A stretch of 64,000 nucleotides of DNA from the NCBI GenBank assembly GCA_964569655.1, contig CAZMTN010000001.1, forward strand, positions 139,395-203,394, given 5' to 3'. The stretch is from an uncultured Candidatus Saccharibacteria bacterium (GTDB lineage Bacteria > Patescibacteriota > Minisyncoccia > Phycocordibacterales > Phycocordibacteraceae). Made by a program: the position numbers and the translations under genes. Numbering within the stretch: the first letter of the stretch is position 1; each line of letters begins with the position of its first letter. Below are positions 1 to 9,649 of the stretch, in pieces. The notes under the pieces were generated by a model. The model was given only the letters and a program-made list of their open reading frames with translations, did no database searches and was not told the origin of the DNA.

Positions 1-1459
1 ATGAGCATGTCGCCGCCAGCGATCTCGCACTTCGCCTCGATCTGGAGGCCGAACTCGCCTTCGGCCTTCACCTCGTTCACGTCGACGCGCGCCTGCTGAA
101 GGTTCACGATCTTGCCGCGCCCGAGCTCCTCATCCCGGCGCACGATCTTCACCTGGGCATCGAGCGCGATGGTGCCGCTCACGTGGCGGGCGCCGAGCGT
201 CTTCACCTTCCCGGTCTCGCTGAAGACTTTCAATACCTTCGCTTCGCCGAGGATCTCCTCCTTATCGACGATAGGCGCGCGCTCCTTGAGCACCTCCTCC
301 ACGCGCTCCTTGAGCTCGTAGATGATGGTGAAGGTCTCGATCGGGATGCCTGCGCGATCCGCTGATTCGCGCGCATTGGAGTCGGTGCCTACCGAGAAGG
401 CGATCACCATGCCGCCGCCCACCTGGGCGGTCTTCACGTCACCCTCGGATACGGCGCCGACGCCGGTCTCGATGATGCGGATAGAGGCATGCTCATGGGT
501 GATCTTCGCGAGCTCGTGCTTGATGGCCTCGATGGACCCCGTGACGTCCGCCTTGATGACGAGCGGCAGCACGGTCTCGCCGTCTACGGCCTCGTGCTTC
601 TCGCGGAGCTTCGCGCCTTCGAGCTCCTTAGCGGTCGCCACGAGCGCTTCTGCCTCCTTGCGTCCCTTAGCGGTCTCGAATGGGGTCCCGGCAGGCGGAA
701 GCTCGCTGAAGCCGGAGATGACGACCGGGGAAGACGGGTTTCCTTGCGGGATGCGCTTCCCGAGGAAGTTCTCGATGAAGCGCACCGGCGCCGACGCCTT
801 TCCGGCAACGACGTACGAACCTGTCTGCAGCGTGCCGTTCTTCACGATGAGCGTTGCCGAGTTGCCTCGCTTCGGATCCTGGGTGGATTCGAGGATGAAT
901 CCGCTCGCTTCGGCATCCGGGTCTGCCGTGAGCTCCGCGAGGTCCGCCGTGAGGAGCACGAGGTCGAGGAGCTCGGGCACGCCTTCGCCGGACTTCGAGG
1001 ATACCGGCGTGAACGCGATATCGCCGCCGAGCCCTTCGAGGTACACGCCCGCCTCAAGGAGCGAGATCTTCGCCTTCTCTACGTCTGCGCCGTTCTTATC
1101 CATCTTCGTGAACGCGACAACGAACGGCACCTTCGCCTCCTGGATCGCGGAGAGCGCCTCGAGGGTCTGCGGCTTTACGCCCTCATCCGCCGCGACGACG
1201 AGGATGGCGACGTCTGCCGCAGTGGCGCCGCGGGTGCGGAGCGCGCGGAAGGCTTCGTGGCCGGGGGTATCGAGGAAGGTGATCTGGCGCTCCTTGCCTT
1301 CGTGCTCGTGCACCGCCTCGTATGCGGAGACGTGCTGGGTGATGCCGCCGGCTTCGCCTGCGGTGACGTTGGCCTTACGGATGAAATCCAGGAGGGAAGA
1401 CTTGCCGTGATCGATGTGGCCCATGACGGCAACGATGGGCGGGCGGGGAGTGAGAGCCA
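1..1459 (-). CDS. infB: Translation initiation factor IF-2, short form beginning at the G-domain; partial, C-terminus lies beyond the window start
   Basis: Minus-strand reading frame from the ATG at 1459 to the window edge. Translation begins MALTPRPPIVAVMGHIDHGKSSLLD, then GxxxxGK[ST], DTPGH and NKMD GTPase motifs and the IF-2 C-terminal domains. There is no long N-terminal extension. Confidence 0.9.
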
Positions 1460-1509
1460 TGATACGTATGAGTTCATCACAAAAATCGCTTCATTGCAAT
1501 GCGCGCGTC

Positions 1510-1518
1510 TGGTAGGGT
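1510..1518 (+). promoter_or_regulatory. Extended -10 element TGgTAGGGT six nt upstream of the ATG at 1525; putative leaderless promoter
   Basis: Read directly; same TGGTAnnnT-N6-ATG layout as at rpmG and ddl. Confidence 0.3.
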
Positions 1519-1524
1519 GAGGCT

Positions 1525-2685
1525 ATGTTTGGAAAGAGACGCATCTATCTCGACTGGGCAGCCGGCGCTCCCGTGACCCGGAGCGCGGAGCGCGCGTACC
1601 TGCGCGCCTCCGCTTCGTTCGGCAATCCGTCCTCGCCGCACGCGGAAGGATTGGCGGCGAAAGCCGTTCTCGAGGACGCGCGCACCCGGATCGCGCGCGA
1701 GCTCTCCATGAAGCCGGACGATGTCATCTTCACCGCCGGCGCGACCGAAGCGAACAACCTCGCTATCCAAGGAACGGTGATCGCCAAGAAGAAGGCGGGT
1801 ATGAAGGATATCCATCTTCTCTATCTCCCGTCCGCGCACGCGTCCGTCGTCGAGGCCATGAAGTCGCTCGTCGGATACGGCGTCACCGCAGAGCCCCTCA
1901 AGATACGAGACGGGGCAGTGGACATACGCGCCCTCAACGAGCAATTGCGCCCGGAGACGGCGCTCGTGTCGGTCGACTTCGTCTGCGGCGAGACCGGGAC
2001 CATCTGGAACGTACGGGAGATCGGGCAGGCTCTGAAGCAGGCCGGGCACGGCACCCTGCTCCACGTGGATGCGAGCCAGGCGCCGCTCGGGGAATCCATC
2101 GAGCGTACCCGCCTCGCGGCCGATATGATCACGCTCGACGCGCAGAAGGTGGGCGGCATGCGCGGCCTCGGCGTGCTCGCGGCTCCGCGGACGCTGCGTA
2201 TGGAGCCGCTCCAGCATGGCGGCGGCCAGGAACGGGGCATGCGTCCCGGCACGCAGGCGCCAGCGCTGGCTGCCGCATTCGCGACCGCGCTCGAAGAGGC
2301 GCGTGTCTGTCGCGAATCGTTCAGGCATCGCGCAGGGCGTATGCGCGGCGGGCTTATTGCCTGCATACGGGATATCCCGGAACTCTATATAAATGAGGGG
2401 AAGGAGGGTGTGGCTCACATCCTCAACCTCTCGCTCCCCGGTCGGGATACGGACTACCTCGCCGCGCTTTTGAACGAGGCTGGCTTCGCGGTCTCCACAC
2501 GAAGCGCCTGCGAATCGGAATCAGAAGACGGCTCCCGCGCGGTGCTCTCGCTTACCGGCGACCCCGCCCGCGCTGCCTCCACGCTGCGCGTCTCCTGGGG
2601 CCCCGTAACGAGGGAGCGGGAGCTGCGTCAGCTCGGGAAGGCGCTTATCGCGGCTGCCGCCTTCCTTGACGGCAGTACGGCCTAG
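1525..2685 (+). CDS. Cysteine desulfurase / aminotransferase class V (IscS/NifS-like)
   Basis: 386-aa ORF with fold-type I PLP enzyme motifs (TAGATEANN, LHVDASQA, mature Lys region); typical NifS/IscS length. Confidence 0.8.
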   Translation: MFGKRRIYLDWAAGAPVTRSAERAYLRASASFGNPSSPHAEGLAAKAVLEDARTRIARELSMKPDDVIFTAGATEANNLAIQGTVIAKKKAGMKDIHLLYLPSAHASVVEAMKSLVGYGVTAEPLKIRDGAVDIRALNEQLRPETALVSVDFVCGETGTIWNVREIGQALKQAGHGTLLHVDASQAPLGESIERTRLAADMITLDAQKVGGMRGLGVLAAPRTLRMEPLQHGGGQERGMRPGTQAPALAAAFATALEEARVCRESFRHRAGRMRGGLIACIRDIPELYINEGKEGVAHILNLSLPGRDTDYLAALLNEAGFAVSTRSACESESEDGSRAVLSLTGDPARAASTLRVSWGPVTRERELRQLGKALIAAAAFLDGSTA

Positions 2686-2692
2686 TTGCTTA

Positions 2693-2720
2693 TTGCGAGC
2701 GCTTTTACCAGGTGTATACT
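2693..2720 (+). promoter_or_regulatory. Putative sigma70-like promoter TTGCGA-N16-TGtATACT; transcription start predicted at or near the ATG at 2727 (leaderless)
   Basis: Hexamers read from the sequence; the -10 ends 6 nt before the ATG. Confidence 0.3.
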
Positions 2721-2726
2721 ACGTCC

Positions 2727-3461
2727 ATGAATATCGACGACCTCTCGAAATCCCAACTCCTCCTCCTCACCCTGCTGGTGAACTTCGTCATGTCCATCGC
2801 GACCGGGATCGTCACCGTCTCGCTCCTCGACCAGGCGCCCGCAACCATCACGCAGACCGTGAACCGCATCGTCGAGCACACGGTGGAGACCGTCGCTCCG
2901 GCTTCGCAGGTCGCGGCAGTCGTAAGCTCTGACCCGCAGCCCACCGAAGAGGATCTGCTCGTCGCGGCCATCGCGTCGGACGCGGCACGCACGGTATTCA
3001 TTCATGCCGAGGAAGGGGAGACGCAGGTCCTCGCGCAAGGCGTCTACCTCCCGATCTCCCGCGTAGTGGTCGTCATCAAGGACTCGTCGCTTCCGAAGGA
3101 GGCGGCAGTCTCATTCCCGAATGGCACTGTCGCGCCGGTGTCGATCGCGCTCGAGAACGATAATCTCACCATCTACGGATTCGGCGACGGCGCTGCGCTC
3201 CCGAGCGCACCGGTAGCGCCGCTCCTCCCGCTCGAGAACCTGAAGCAGGGCCAGGCGGTCATCGCGCTCCTTGCGGACGGCAGCGCCGTCACGGGCATCG
3301 TCTCCAAGGTCGAGGGCATCAACGTCACCACCACCCTTCCGGCTACGCCGAAGGGCGCAGCGGCGCTCACGCTCCGCGGCGAGATCGCCGGCATCCAGAG
3401 CGGCTCCGGCGCTTTCATAAGCGCGAGCGAGATCAACGCGCTCCTCTCAACTCCTCAGTAA
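2727..3461 (+). CDS. Hypothetical membrane-anchored protein
   Basis: ORF track 2712..3461 begins on GTG; the in-frame ATG at 2727 (MNIDDLSK...) sits just after the promoter. One N-terminal TM helix (LLLLTLLVNFVMSIATGIVTVSLL); no recognisable catalytic motif. Confidence 0.5.
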   Translation: MNIDDLSKSQLLLLTLLVNFVMSIATGIVTVSLLDQAPATITQTVNRIVEHTVETVAPASQVAAVVSSDPQPTEEDLLVAAIASDAARTVFIHAEEGETQVLAQGVYLPISRVVVVIKDSSLPKEAAVSFPNGTVAPVSIALENDNLTIYGFGDGAALPSAPVAPLLPLENLKQGQAVIALLADGSAVTGIVSKVEGINVTTTLPATPKGAAALTLRGEIAGIQSGSGAFISASEINALLSTPQ

Positions 3462-3517
3462 GAGCAAAATGATATACTGGGCGAGTAGAGGGTATTACTA
3501 GGTAATGCTTCGTATCC

Positions 3518-6199
3518 ATGCCTCCATTCAAGAATTTCACTACCAAAGCGAAGGAAGCCATCCGGAAGGCGCATGAGCTCGCCATCGAGCGCGGGCAGAA
3601 CCATGTCTCGCCGCTGCACCTCCTCACCGCGCTCATCCACCAGGAAGAGAGCCTGGTCTTTTCCGTACTCGACCGCATGGACGTGGACACCATGCTGCTT
3701 GCCGACACGCTGCTTGAGACCCTCGAAGCTCCGGAGACCTCCTCGGTCCTCTCGCCTTCCTACCAGCTGTATCTGACCCCCGACCTCGCCCAGGCGCTTG
3801 AAGCGTCCGGCAAGATCGCTGCTCGCATGAACGACGCCTTCGTCGGCACCGAGCACCTCTTCGTCGCCATCGTAGAGCACCCGGGACCGGCCGGAGACAT
3901 CCTCGCGCGCTTCAAGATAGACGAAGAGACCATCCTTTCCGTACTCAAGGAGCTGAAGTCCATGAAGGAGGGGACCGCGGCTGAGCCGAAGCGCTTCCGC
4001 GCGCTCTCGAAGTACACGCGCAACCTCACCAAGCTCGCGAGCGAGAACGCGCTCGACCCGGTCATCGGACGTGATCTCGAGATCAGCCGCGTCATCCAGA
4101 TCCTCTCTCGCCGCACCAAGAACAACCCCGTGCTCATCGGCGAAGCGGGCGTCGGCAAGACCGCCATCGCGGAGGGTCTCGCGTCGCGCATCGCGACCGG
4201 AGACGTCCCGGAGTCGCTCAAGAACAAGGAGCTCCTTTCGCTCGATCTCGGTCTCCTCATCGCGGGCACCAAGTACCGCGGCGAGTTCGAGGAGCGCATG
4301 AAGAACGTGATGAAGGAGGTGGAGAAGGCGGACGGCAAGGTCATCCTCTTCGTGGACGAGCTCCACACCCTTGTCGGTGCCGGAGCAGCGGAGGGCGCGA
4401 TGGACGCCTCCAACATGCTGAAGCCCGCGCTCGCGCGAGGCGAGATCCGCGTCATCGGCGCGACCACGCTCAAGGAGTATCAAAAGTACATCGAGAAGGA
4501 CACTGCGCTCACGCGCCGCTTCCAGCCTGTCTTCGTGAACGAGCCTTCCGTAGAGGATGCGATCGCCATCCTCCGCGGACTCCGCGACAAGTACGAGCTC
4601 TTCCACGGCGTGCGCATCACGGACGGCGCGATCGTCTCCGCGGTCGAGCTGTCGTCCCGCTATATCAGCGAGCGCTTCCTCCCAGATAAGGCGATCGACC
4701 TCATCGACGAGGCTGCATCAGGGCTGCGCATCGCGCTCGAGAACAAGCCGCCGCTCCTTGAGGAGACCGATCGCCGGATCCGCCGCCTCGAGATCGAGCG
4801 CCAGGCGCTCCAGAAAGACGAGGACGCCGGAGGGACCGATATCGCCAAGAAGGATATCCGCGAGCGCATGAAGGCCATCGATGCTGAGGTCGCCGATCTG
4901 CGCGAGAAGACCGCGGAGCTCGAACTCAAGTGGAAGAACGAGAAGGAAGTGCTCGAGGGCATCCGAAAGTCTAAGACCGAACTCGAGAAGCTGAAGCAGC
5001 AGGCAGACGCGGCAGAAAGCCAGGCAGACCTCGGCACCGCCGCGGAGATCCGCTACGGCAAGATCCCGGCGTTCCAGAAGGACCTCGAGAACAAGATGAA
5101 GCGCCTGAAGACGCTCCAGAAGTCCCGCCGCGTGCTCCATGAGGAAGTGACTGAGCATGAGATCGCGGGCGTCGTGTCCCGCTGGACCGGCGTGCCGGTC
5201 GCGAAAATGCTCGAGGAGGAGGCGGCGAAGCTCGCGCGCATGGAAGCAGATCTGCGCGGAGCGGTCATCGGCCAGGACAAGGCGGTGCAGGCGGTTGCGG
5301 ACGCGGTGAAGCGTTCGCGCGTCGGTATCGCGGATCCGAACCGCCCCATCGGCTCCTTCCTCTTCATGGGACCGACGGGCGTGGGGAAGACGGAGCTTTC
5401 TCGTCGCCTCGCGGAGTTCATGTTCAATGATCCGGAGGCCCTGGTGCGCGTCGACATGTCCGAGTTCATGGAGAAGCATTCCATCGCGAAGCTCATCGGC
5501 GCGCCGCCGGGCTACGTCGGCTACGAGGAATCAGGGTCGCTCACCGAGCGCATCCGCCATCGCCCGTATGCCGTCGTCCTCTTCGATGAAATCGAGAAGG
5601 CGCATCCGGAAGTATTTAATATTTTGCTCCAGGTACTCGACTCCGGGCACCTCACCGACGGCAAGGGCCGCAAGGTGAACTTCAAGAACACGATCATCGT
5701 GCTCACGAGCAACATCGGCGCTGAGTTCATCGACCGCATGGCCAATATCGGCTTCGGCCACGGCGCTAAGGACGAGGCGGTGCAGTACGAAGCGGTGAAG
5801 GAGCGCGTCATGGGCGCGCTCAAGGACCATTTCCGTCCGGAGTTCCTGAACCGCCTCGACGATATCGTCATCTTCGACGTGCTCGCGAAGACCGCGCTCG
5901 GAGACATCGTCGAGAAGCAGGTGGAAGAGGTGGTCGCGCGCCTTGCCGCTAAGCGCATCACGCTCACGCTCTCGCCTGAGGTGAAGAGCTGGCTCGCGGA
6001 GAAGGGGTACAACCCGCAGTACGGCGCCCGTCCCCTGAAGCGCGTCATCCAGGATAAGATCCTCACGCCCATCGCCACCCTCATGGTGGGCCAGGGCATC
6101 ATGGAGGGGGGGTCGGTCTCGGTGAGCCTCAAGAACGGGGAGCCTGCCTTCGAGGTCCGGAAGACCGTCCGGGCCCGCAGGCAGGAGAAGGTTGCCTAG
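3518..6199 (+). CDS. clpB: ATP-dependent chaperone ClpB (two AAA+ nucleotide-binding domains with a long coiled-coil M-domain)
   Basis: 893 aa. N-terminal Clp_N repeats, Walker A GEAGVGKT and GPTGVGKT, a coiled coil of ~120 aa between the NBDs, and the C-terminal D2-small domain. Confidence 0.9.
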   Translation: MPPFKNFTTKAKEAIRKAHELAIERGQNHVSPLHLLTALIHQEESLVFSVLDRMDVDTMLLADTLLETLEAPETSSVLSPSYQLYLTPDLAQALEASGKIAARMNDAFVGTEHLFVAIVEHPGPAGDILARFKIDEETILSVLKELKSMKEGTAAEPKRFRALSKYTRNLTKLASENALDPVIGRDLEISRVIQILSRRTKNNPVLIGEAGVGKTAIAEGLASRIATGDVPESLKNKELLSLDLGLLIAGTKYRGEFEERMKNVMKEVEKADGKVILFVDELHTLVGAGAAEGAMDASNMLKPALARGEIRVIGATTLKEYQKYIEKDTALTRRFQPVFVNEPSVEDAIAILRGLRDKYELFHGVRITDGAIVSAVELSSRYISERFLPDKAIDLIDEAASGLRIALENKPPLLEETDRRIRRLEIERQALQKDEDAGGTDIAKKDIRERMKAIDAEVADLREKTAELELKWKNEKEVLEGIRKSKTELEKLKQQADAAESQADLGTAAEIRYGKIPAFQKDLENKMKRLKTLQKSRRVLHEEVTEHEIAGVVSRWTGVPVAKMLEEEAAKLARMEADLRGAVIGQDKAVQAVADAVKRSRVGIADPNRPIGSFLFMGPTGVGKTELSRRLAEFMFNDPEALVRVDMSEFMEKHSIAKLIGAPPGYVGYEESGSLTERIRHRPYAVVLFDEIEKAHPEVFNILLQVLDSGHLTDGKGRKVNFKNTIIVLTSNIGAEFIDRMANIGFGHGAKDEAVQYEAVKERVMGALKDHFRPEFLNRLDDIVIFDVLAKTALGDIVEKQVEEVVARLAAKRITLTLSPEVKSWLAEKGYNPQYGARPLKRVIQDKILTPIATLMVGQGIMEGGSVSVSLKNGEPAFEVRKTVRARRQEKVA

Positions 6200-6211
6200 G
6201 GGAGCGCTCCA

Positions 6212-6240
6212 TTGCGGAATACGGCCTTATTTGGTAGATT
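6212..6240 (+). promoter_or_regulatory. Putative promoter TTGCGG-N17-TGgTAGATT; leaderless start 6 nt downstream at rpmG
   Basis: Hexamers read from the sequence. Confidence 0.35.
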
Positions 6241-6246
6241 TGATGC

Positions 6247-6402
6247 ATGTCACAGGACCACCTGATCAAGCTCAAGTCGACCAAGTCGGCCCACGTCTAT
6301 TTCACGCGCAAGAACCGCAAGAAGGTTGAGCGCAAGATCGAGCTCATGAAGTTCGATCCGACGCTCAGGAAGCGCGTCGCCTACAAGGAAGCGAAGAAAT
6401 AA
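6247..6402 (+). CDS. rpmG: 50S ribosomal protein L33
   Basis: 51-aa ORF MSQDHLIKLKSTKSAHVYFTRKNRKKVERKIELMKFDPTLRKRVAYKEAKK, matching the L33 pattern (...TKNKR..P.KLELKKFDP..RKHV.YKE.K). Below the ORF-track length cutoff. Confidence 0.85.
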   Translation: MSQDHLIKLKSTKSAHVYFTRKNRKKVERKIELMKFDPTLRKRVAYKEAKK

Positions 6403-6407
6403 GCACG

Positions 6408-6437
6408 AGCCGCCCCCAAGGGCGGCTTTCGCTTTTC
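6408..6437 (+). terminator. Rho-independent terminator: stem AGCCGCCC, loop CCAA, stem GGGCGGCT, then TTCGCTTTTCC
   Basis: Perfect 8-bp GC stem plus T-tract directly after rpmG. Confidence 0.5.
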
Positions 6438-6489
6438 CACTATCCTCATGGTGCGCCCACGCGGGCGCGCTATACTTGAGAAACCAATT

Positions 6490-7722
6490 ATGAATAGCTT
6501 GAACCTTATGAATACTTCATCACTTGCGCGCATCCTCGCCCTCGGCGTACTCGCCCTCGGCATGGCGCCGTTCGCATCCGCCCAGACGGCCTGCGATTTT
6601 ACCCGGGACCTCGAAATCGGCGTGGATGGCGAAGACGTCCGCTGCCTCCAGAAGTTCCTCAACGGCTCCGGATTCACCATCGCCGCAGAGGGCGTCGGCT
6701 CTCCGGGCAACGAGACCAGCCTCTTCCGCGAGAAGACCAAGGAGGCCGTGATGAAGTGGCAGGCCGCTAACGGCCTTCCGTCGACCGGATACTTCGGACC
6801 GGCGTCGCGCGCGAAGTATGGTGGCGGCGCAAGCACGGCAACGCCGGGCATTACCGGCAATACCGGTGCCGTGGGCGGCAGCTCTACCGTCCAGGCACAG
6901 GTAGATGCGCTCCTCCAGAAGGTGAAGGATCTCCAGGCGCAGAAGTCCAATACCACGACGACCGTTACCGGCTCCCAGAAGGACGCGCAGAAGGCGATCA
7001 TCGAGGCTATCGATGCGATCGAGGAGGCAGATGAGGAAATCGAGGACGCCGTCGACGACGCGCTCCCGATCGGGAACGCCGAGGATGAGATGGACGATGC
7101 GCGCCAAGACCTTTTCGAAGCTGTTAAGGCCTACTTCGTCGGCAACTACACCAAGGCCATCAGCGCGGCCGACGATGCCTATGACAACGCCGAGGACGCG
7201 TTCGAGAAGGCGGGCGGGGAGTCCCGCGAAGACAAGGTCGAGGACTTCATCGACGACGTCGAGGAGCAGATCGAAAATGCTTGGGAGAAAATCGAGGAAG
7301 CAGATGATGACGGTGACGACGTCGATGAGTCTGAGGAACTGCTCGAGGAGGCAGAGGATACGCTCGATGAGGCAAAAGATGCTCTCGATGACGATGACCT
7401 TGATACCGCAGAAGAGCTTGCCGAGGAGGCTGAGGAGCTCGTGGACGATGCGCTCGACGCGATCGGCAACGGCGGAGACGAGGAGGAAGATGCGGAGAAC
7501 GCCCTCGAGGACGCCGAGGATGCGATTAACGACGCATGGGATGCCGTTGAGGAGGCTGAGGACGACGGCGACGATACCGGCGATGCCGAGGACCTTCTCG
7601 AAGAAGCGGAGGACCTGCTCGCAGATGCCGAAGATGCGTTCGATGACGAAGACTGGGACGAGGTGATGGATCTCGCGGACGAGATTGAGGACCTCGTAGA
7701 CGACGCTCTCGACGAGTTCTAG
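6490..7722 (+). CDS. Secreted protein: signal peptide, PG_binding_1-like peptidoglycan-binding domain, and a ~250-aa D/E-rich tandem-repeat tail
   Basis: Signal peptide MNSLNLMNTSSLARILALGVLALGMAPFASAQ. PG-binding motif LEIGVDGEDVRCLQKFLNG...KWQAANGLPSTGYFGP. The tail is almost pure Asp/Glu/Ala with ~62-aa repeats (ENAWEKIEEADDDGDD...LVDDALDAI and NDAWDAVEEAEDDGDD...LVDDALDEF). Start 6490 preferred over the ORF-track 6448. Confidence 0.7.
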   Translation: MNSLNLMNTSSLARILALGVLALGMAPFASAQTACDFTRDLEIGVDGEDVRCLQKFLNGSGFTIAAEGVGSPGNETSLFREKTKEAVMKWQAANGLPSTGYFGPASRAKYGGGASTATPGITGNTGAVGGSSTVQAQVDALLQKVKDLQAQKSNTTTTVTGSQKDAQKAIIEAIDAIEEADEEIEDAVDDALPIGNAEDEMDDARQDLFEAVKAYFVGNYTKAISAADDAYDNAEDAFEKAGGESREDKVEDFIDDVEEQIENAWEKIEEADDDGDDVDESEELLEEAEDTLDEAKDALDDDDLDTAEELAEEAEELVDDALDAIGNGGDEEEDAENALEDAEDAINDAWDAVEEAEDDGDDTGDAEDLLEEAEDLLADAEDAFDDEDWDEVMDLADEIEDLVDDALDEF

Positions 7723-7730
7723 AGGAAGCG

Positions 7731-7762
7731 AAAACCGCCCGGAAGGGCGGTTTTCATTTTGG
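7731..7762 (+). terminator. Rho-independent terminator: AAAACCGCCC, loop GGAA, GGGCGGTTTT, then CATTTTGGGTT
   Basis: Perfect 10-bp stem and U-tract right after the stop at 7722. Confidence 0.55.
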
Positions 7763-7847
7763 GTTGCCGCGGTGAGCGTGAGCATATATAGTCCACTCGG
7801 ATGTGCGGCCTGGATGATCCAGACCGATAACAGAGAAAGGTACGATT

Positions 7848-8483
7848 ATGGAGAGTTTTCCGACACCGTTCGAGTTATTCGGACAATACCGCCCTCGCTT
7901 CGAGGTCATCAGTCTCTTCGCGGTCGGATGGGGAGGATACTCCTCTCAGGACAAGGGCAAATCTCAGCAGCGCATGTACCTGAGGATGCGGCGAAACGGC
8001 CACGAACTCCGCGGCTACACCAGCTACGGTCTCCCGTATGTCGACTATGCCGAATCCGGGCTGCCGTTTGAGTTCACCTACGACCGGTCCCAGGAGAAGA
8101 CGATACATGAACAGCTCGACGAGAAGGCGATGAGCATGGTAGACGAGCATCTGCGGGGACGCACCGTGCTGATCTCGCCGGCGCAACCGTTCACTGAAGC
8201 GTCCTTCCAGCAGCCCGACTTCGATTGCAACAGGGCTAGGCGGGACGTGCTGTTCGAGTTGCAAGGCGACCCTATCCCGGGCCTCAGTCTTCCTAAGCCC
8301 GGCATGTTCACAGGGATCTATGCGCCATGGCAATTCTTCGTTCCCGGCGATTCGCCCGAGGGGAAGGCAATTGTTGCGGCGTACAAGCATCACGCGGCTG
8401 ACAGCCAGGATGTCAGTAAGATCTCTGATTCGAAGGAAGCTGCAAGATCCTCACTCGTGCAGGCCCTTGCTGCAGTCCAGTAG
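7848..8483 (+). CDS. Hypothetical protein (211 aa)
   Basis: Clean ORF between two terminators; no recognised motifs. Confidence 0.45.
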   Translation: MESFPTPFELFGQYRPRFEVISLFAVGWGGYSSQDKGKSQQRMYLRMRRNGHELRGYTSYGLPYVDYAESGLPFEFTYDRSQEKTIHEQLDEKAMSMVDEHLRGRTVLISPAQPFTEASFQQPDFDCNRARRDVLFELQGDPIPGLSLPKPGMFTGIYAPWQFFVPGDSPEGKAIVAAYKHHAADSQDVSKISDSKEAARSSLVQALAAVQ

Positions 8484-8503
8484 TTACTATGTGCGTGTAG
8501 AAA

Positions 8504-8534
8504 GGGGTTGCGAAAGCAGCCTCTTTTTATTTTA
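8504..8534 (+). terminator. Terminator hairpin GGTTGC, loop GAAA, GCAGCC (one G-U pair), then TCTTTTTATTTT
   Basis: GNRA-loop hairpin plus T-tract downstream of the 7848..8483 ORF. Confidence 0.4.
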
Positions 8535-8536
8535 TG

Positions 8537-8607
8537 CGGGCCCACGAGGAATCGAACCTCGACCGACGGTTTTGGAGACCGACGTTCTACCATTAAACTA
8601 TGGACCC
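8537..8607 (-). tRNA. tRNA-Trp (anticodon CCA)
   Basis: Hand-folded cloverleaf on the minus strand: acceptor GGGTCCA/TGGGCCC with one G-U, D-arm GTTT/GAAC, anticodon loop CTCCAAA, T-arm CGAGG-TTCGATT-CCTCG. CCA is not encoded; one mismatch at the top of the anticodon stem. Confidence 0.75.
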
Positions 8608-8680
8608 GTATGCGCAGGGTATCAGATAGGGCGCTGTGGGAAAAGGCTTCCCTCAGGGTTTCGTAGGCTAGAATGGACCC

Positions 8681-9649
8681 ATGACCCGATTCCGTACCCC
8701 GCTGCTTATCATCGCCATCTCCTGCATAGCGGCGCTCCCGCTGCTTGCGTCTGCGCAGATCGGGGACATGCCGACGACCATCGTCCCTCCGGATATCCAG
8801 GATTGCCCGGCTAACTGGAACGGCCTCGTATCCGGTTTCAATAACCTCATCAAGTTCGTGCTTTCCTTCGCGGTGATCATCGCCATCCTCGTGATCGCGT
8901 ACGCCGGCTTCCTCCTCGTCCTCACTCCGGCCAATCCGGAGAATCGCGGCACAGCTCGCGGCCTGCTGCTTAATGCCGCTATCGGCCTCGTGCTGGCGCT
9001 TTCCGCATGGCTCATCGTGAACACCATCCTCACGGCGGTCACTGGGAAGGACATAGGCACGTTCACCGGATTCATCAGCAGCGGCACGGGCGGAGATTGC
9101 ATATTGCCGAAGGGAGGGACTGCGCCTACCGGAGGCGGAGGGGGGATAAGTACCGGGGGAGGCACCGGCACCTGCGCCAACTGCGTCTCGCTTGCGACCG
9201 CAGGAATCGAGAATAAGGGAGTGGGCGTTGCCTGCAACGTCTCAGGTGGCCGTGATGGCGTTCCGGTGCAGAACCCACCGCTTGATGACTGCGTGGTAGA
9301 TAAAGATCTCGCCGCGAAGCTCAAGACCTCCATGAAAAGCGGCATGTGGGTGACCGAGGCGTGGCCGCCAACCCGTAATCACCACAACCCGTGCCATGCG
9401 AACGGCACCTGCGTCGATGTTGATTACAAGAATAATCGTTCCGACGCAGCTTCCATCAATGCATTCATAAGCTCGGCGAGTTCAGCCGGACTCGGCGTCG
9501 TGTATGAGCTTTCAAGCGCATCCTCCTGCAAGGTATTACTTGACGCTGGCGTGCCGGCAAAGAATCTCGATGTGGTACCGGGCATCACCGGCCCACACTT
9601 CTCGGTCTACAGCGGCCCGGTCAACAACGCCAATGGCGGCTGCAATTAG
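8681..9649 (+). CDS. Secreted/membrane protein: N-terminal TrbC/VirB2-like two-helix pilin region, Gly/Thr-rich linker, C-terminal Cys/His-rich domain with a possible LAS/M15-like metal site
   Basis: Signal peptide MTRFRTPLLIIAISCIAALPLLASAQ. Two TM helices separated by PANPENRG, a VirB2/TrbC-like layout. GGGGGISTGGGTGT linker. C-terminal HHNPCHANGTCVDVD, resembling the HxxGxAxD motif of M15/VanY-type zinc hydrolases. Both domain assignments are tentative. Confidence 0.5.
   Translation: MTRFRTPLLIIAISCIAALPLLASAQIGDMPTTIVPPDIQDCPANWNGLVSGFNNLIKFVLSFAVIIAILVIAYAGFLLVLTPANPENRGTARGLLLNAAIGLVLALSAWLIVNTILTAVTGKDIGTFTGFISSGTGGDCILPKGGTAPTGGGGGISTGGGTGTCANCVSLATAGIENKGVGVACNVSGGRDGVPVQNPPLDDCVVDKDLAAKLKTSMKSGMWVTEAWPPTRNHHNPCHANGTCVDVDYKNNRSDAASINAFISSASSAGLGVVYELSSASSCKVLLDAGVPAKNLDVVPGITGPHFSVYSGPVNNANGGCN

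Noticed and set aside
3455-4606. 383-aa minus-strand ORF
   Set aside because: Lies entirely antisense to clpB; no motifs, low-complexity Arg/Leu/Glu composition.
6520-7785. 421-aa minus-strand ORF
   Set aside because: Antisense to the acidic-repeat gene, which has a signal peptide and PG-binding domain; the repeat DNA gives an open frame on both strands.
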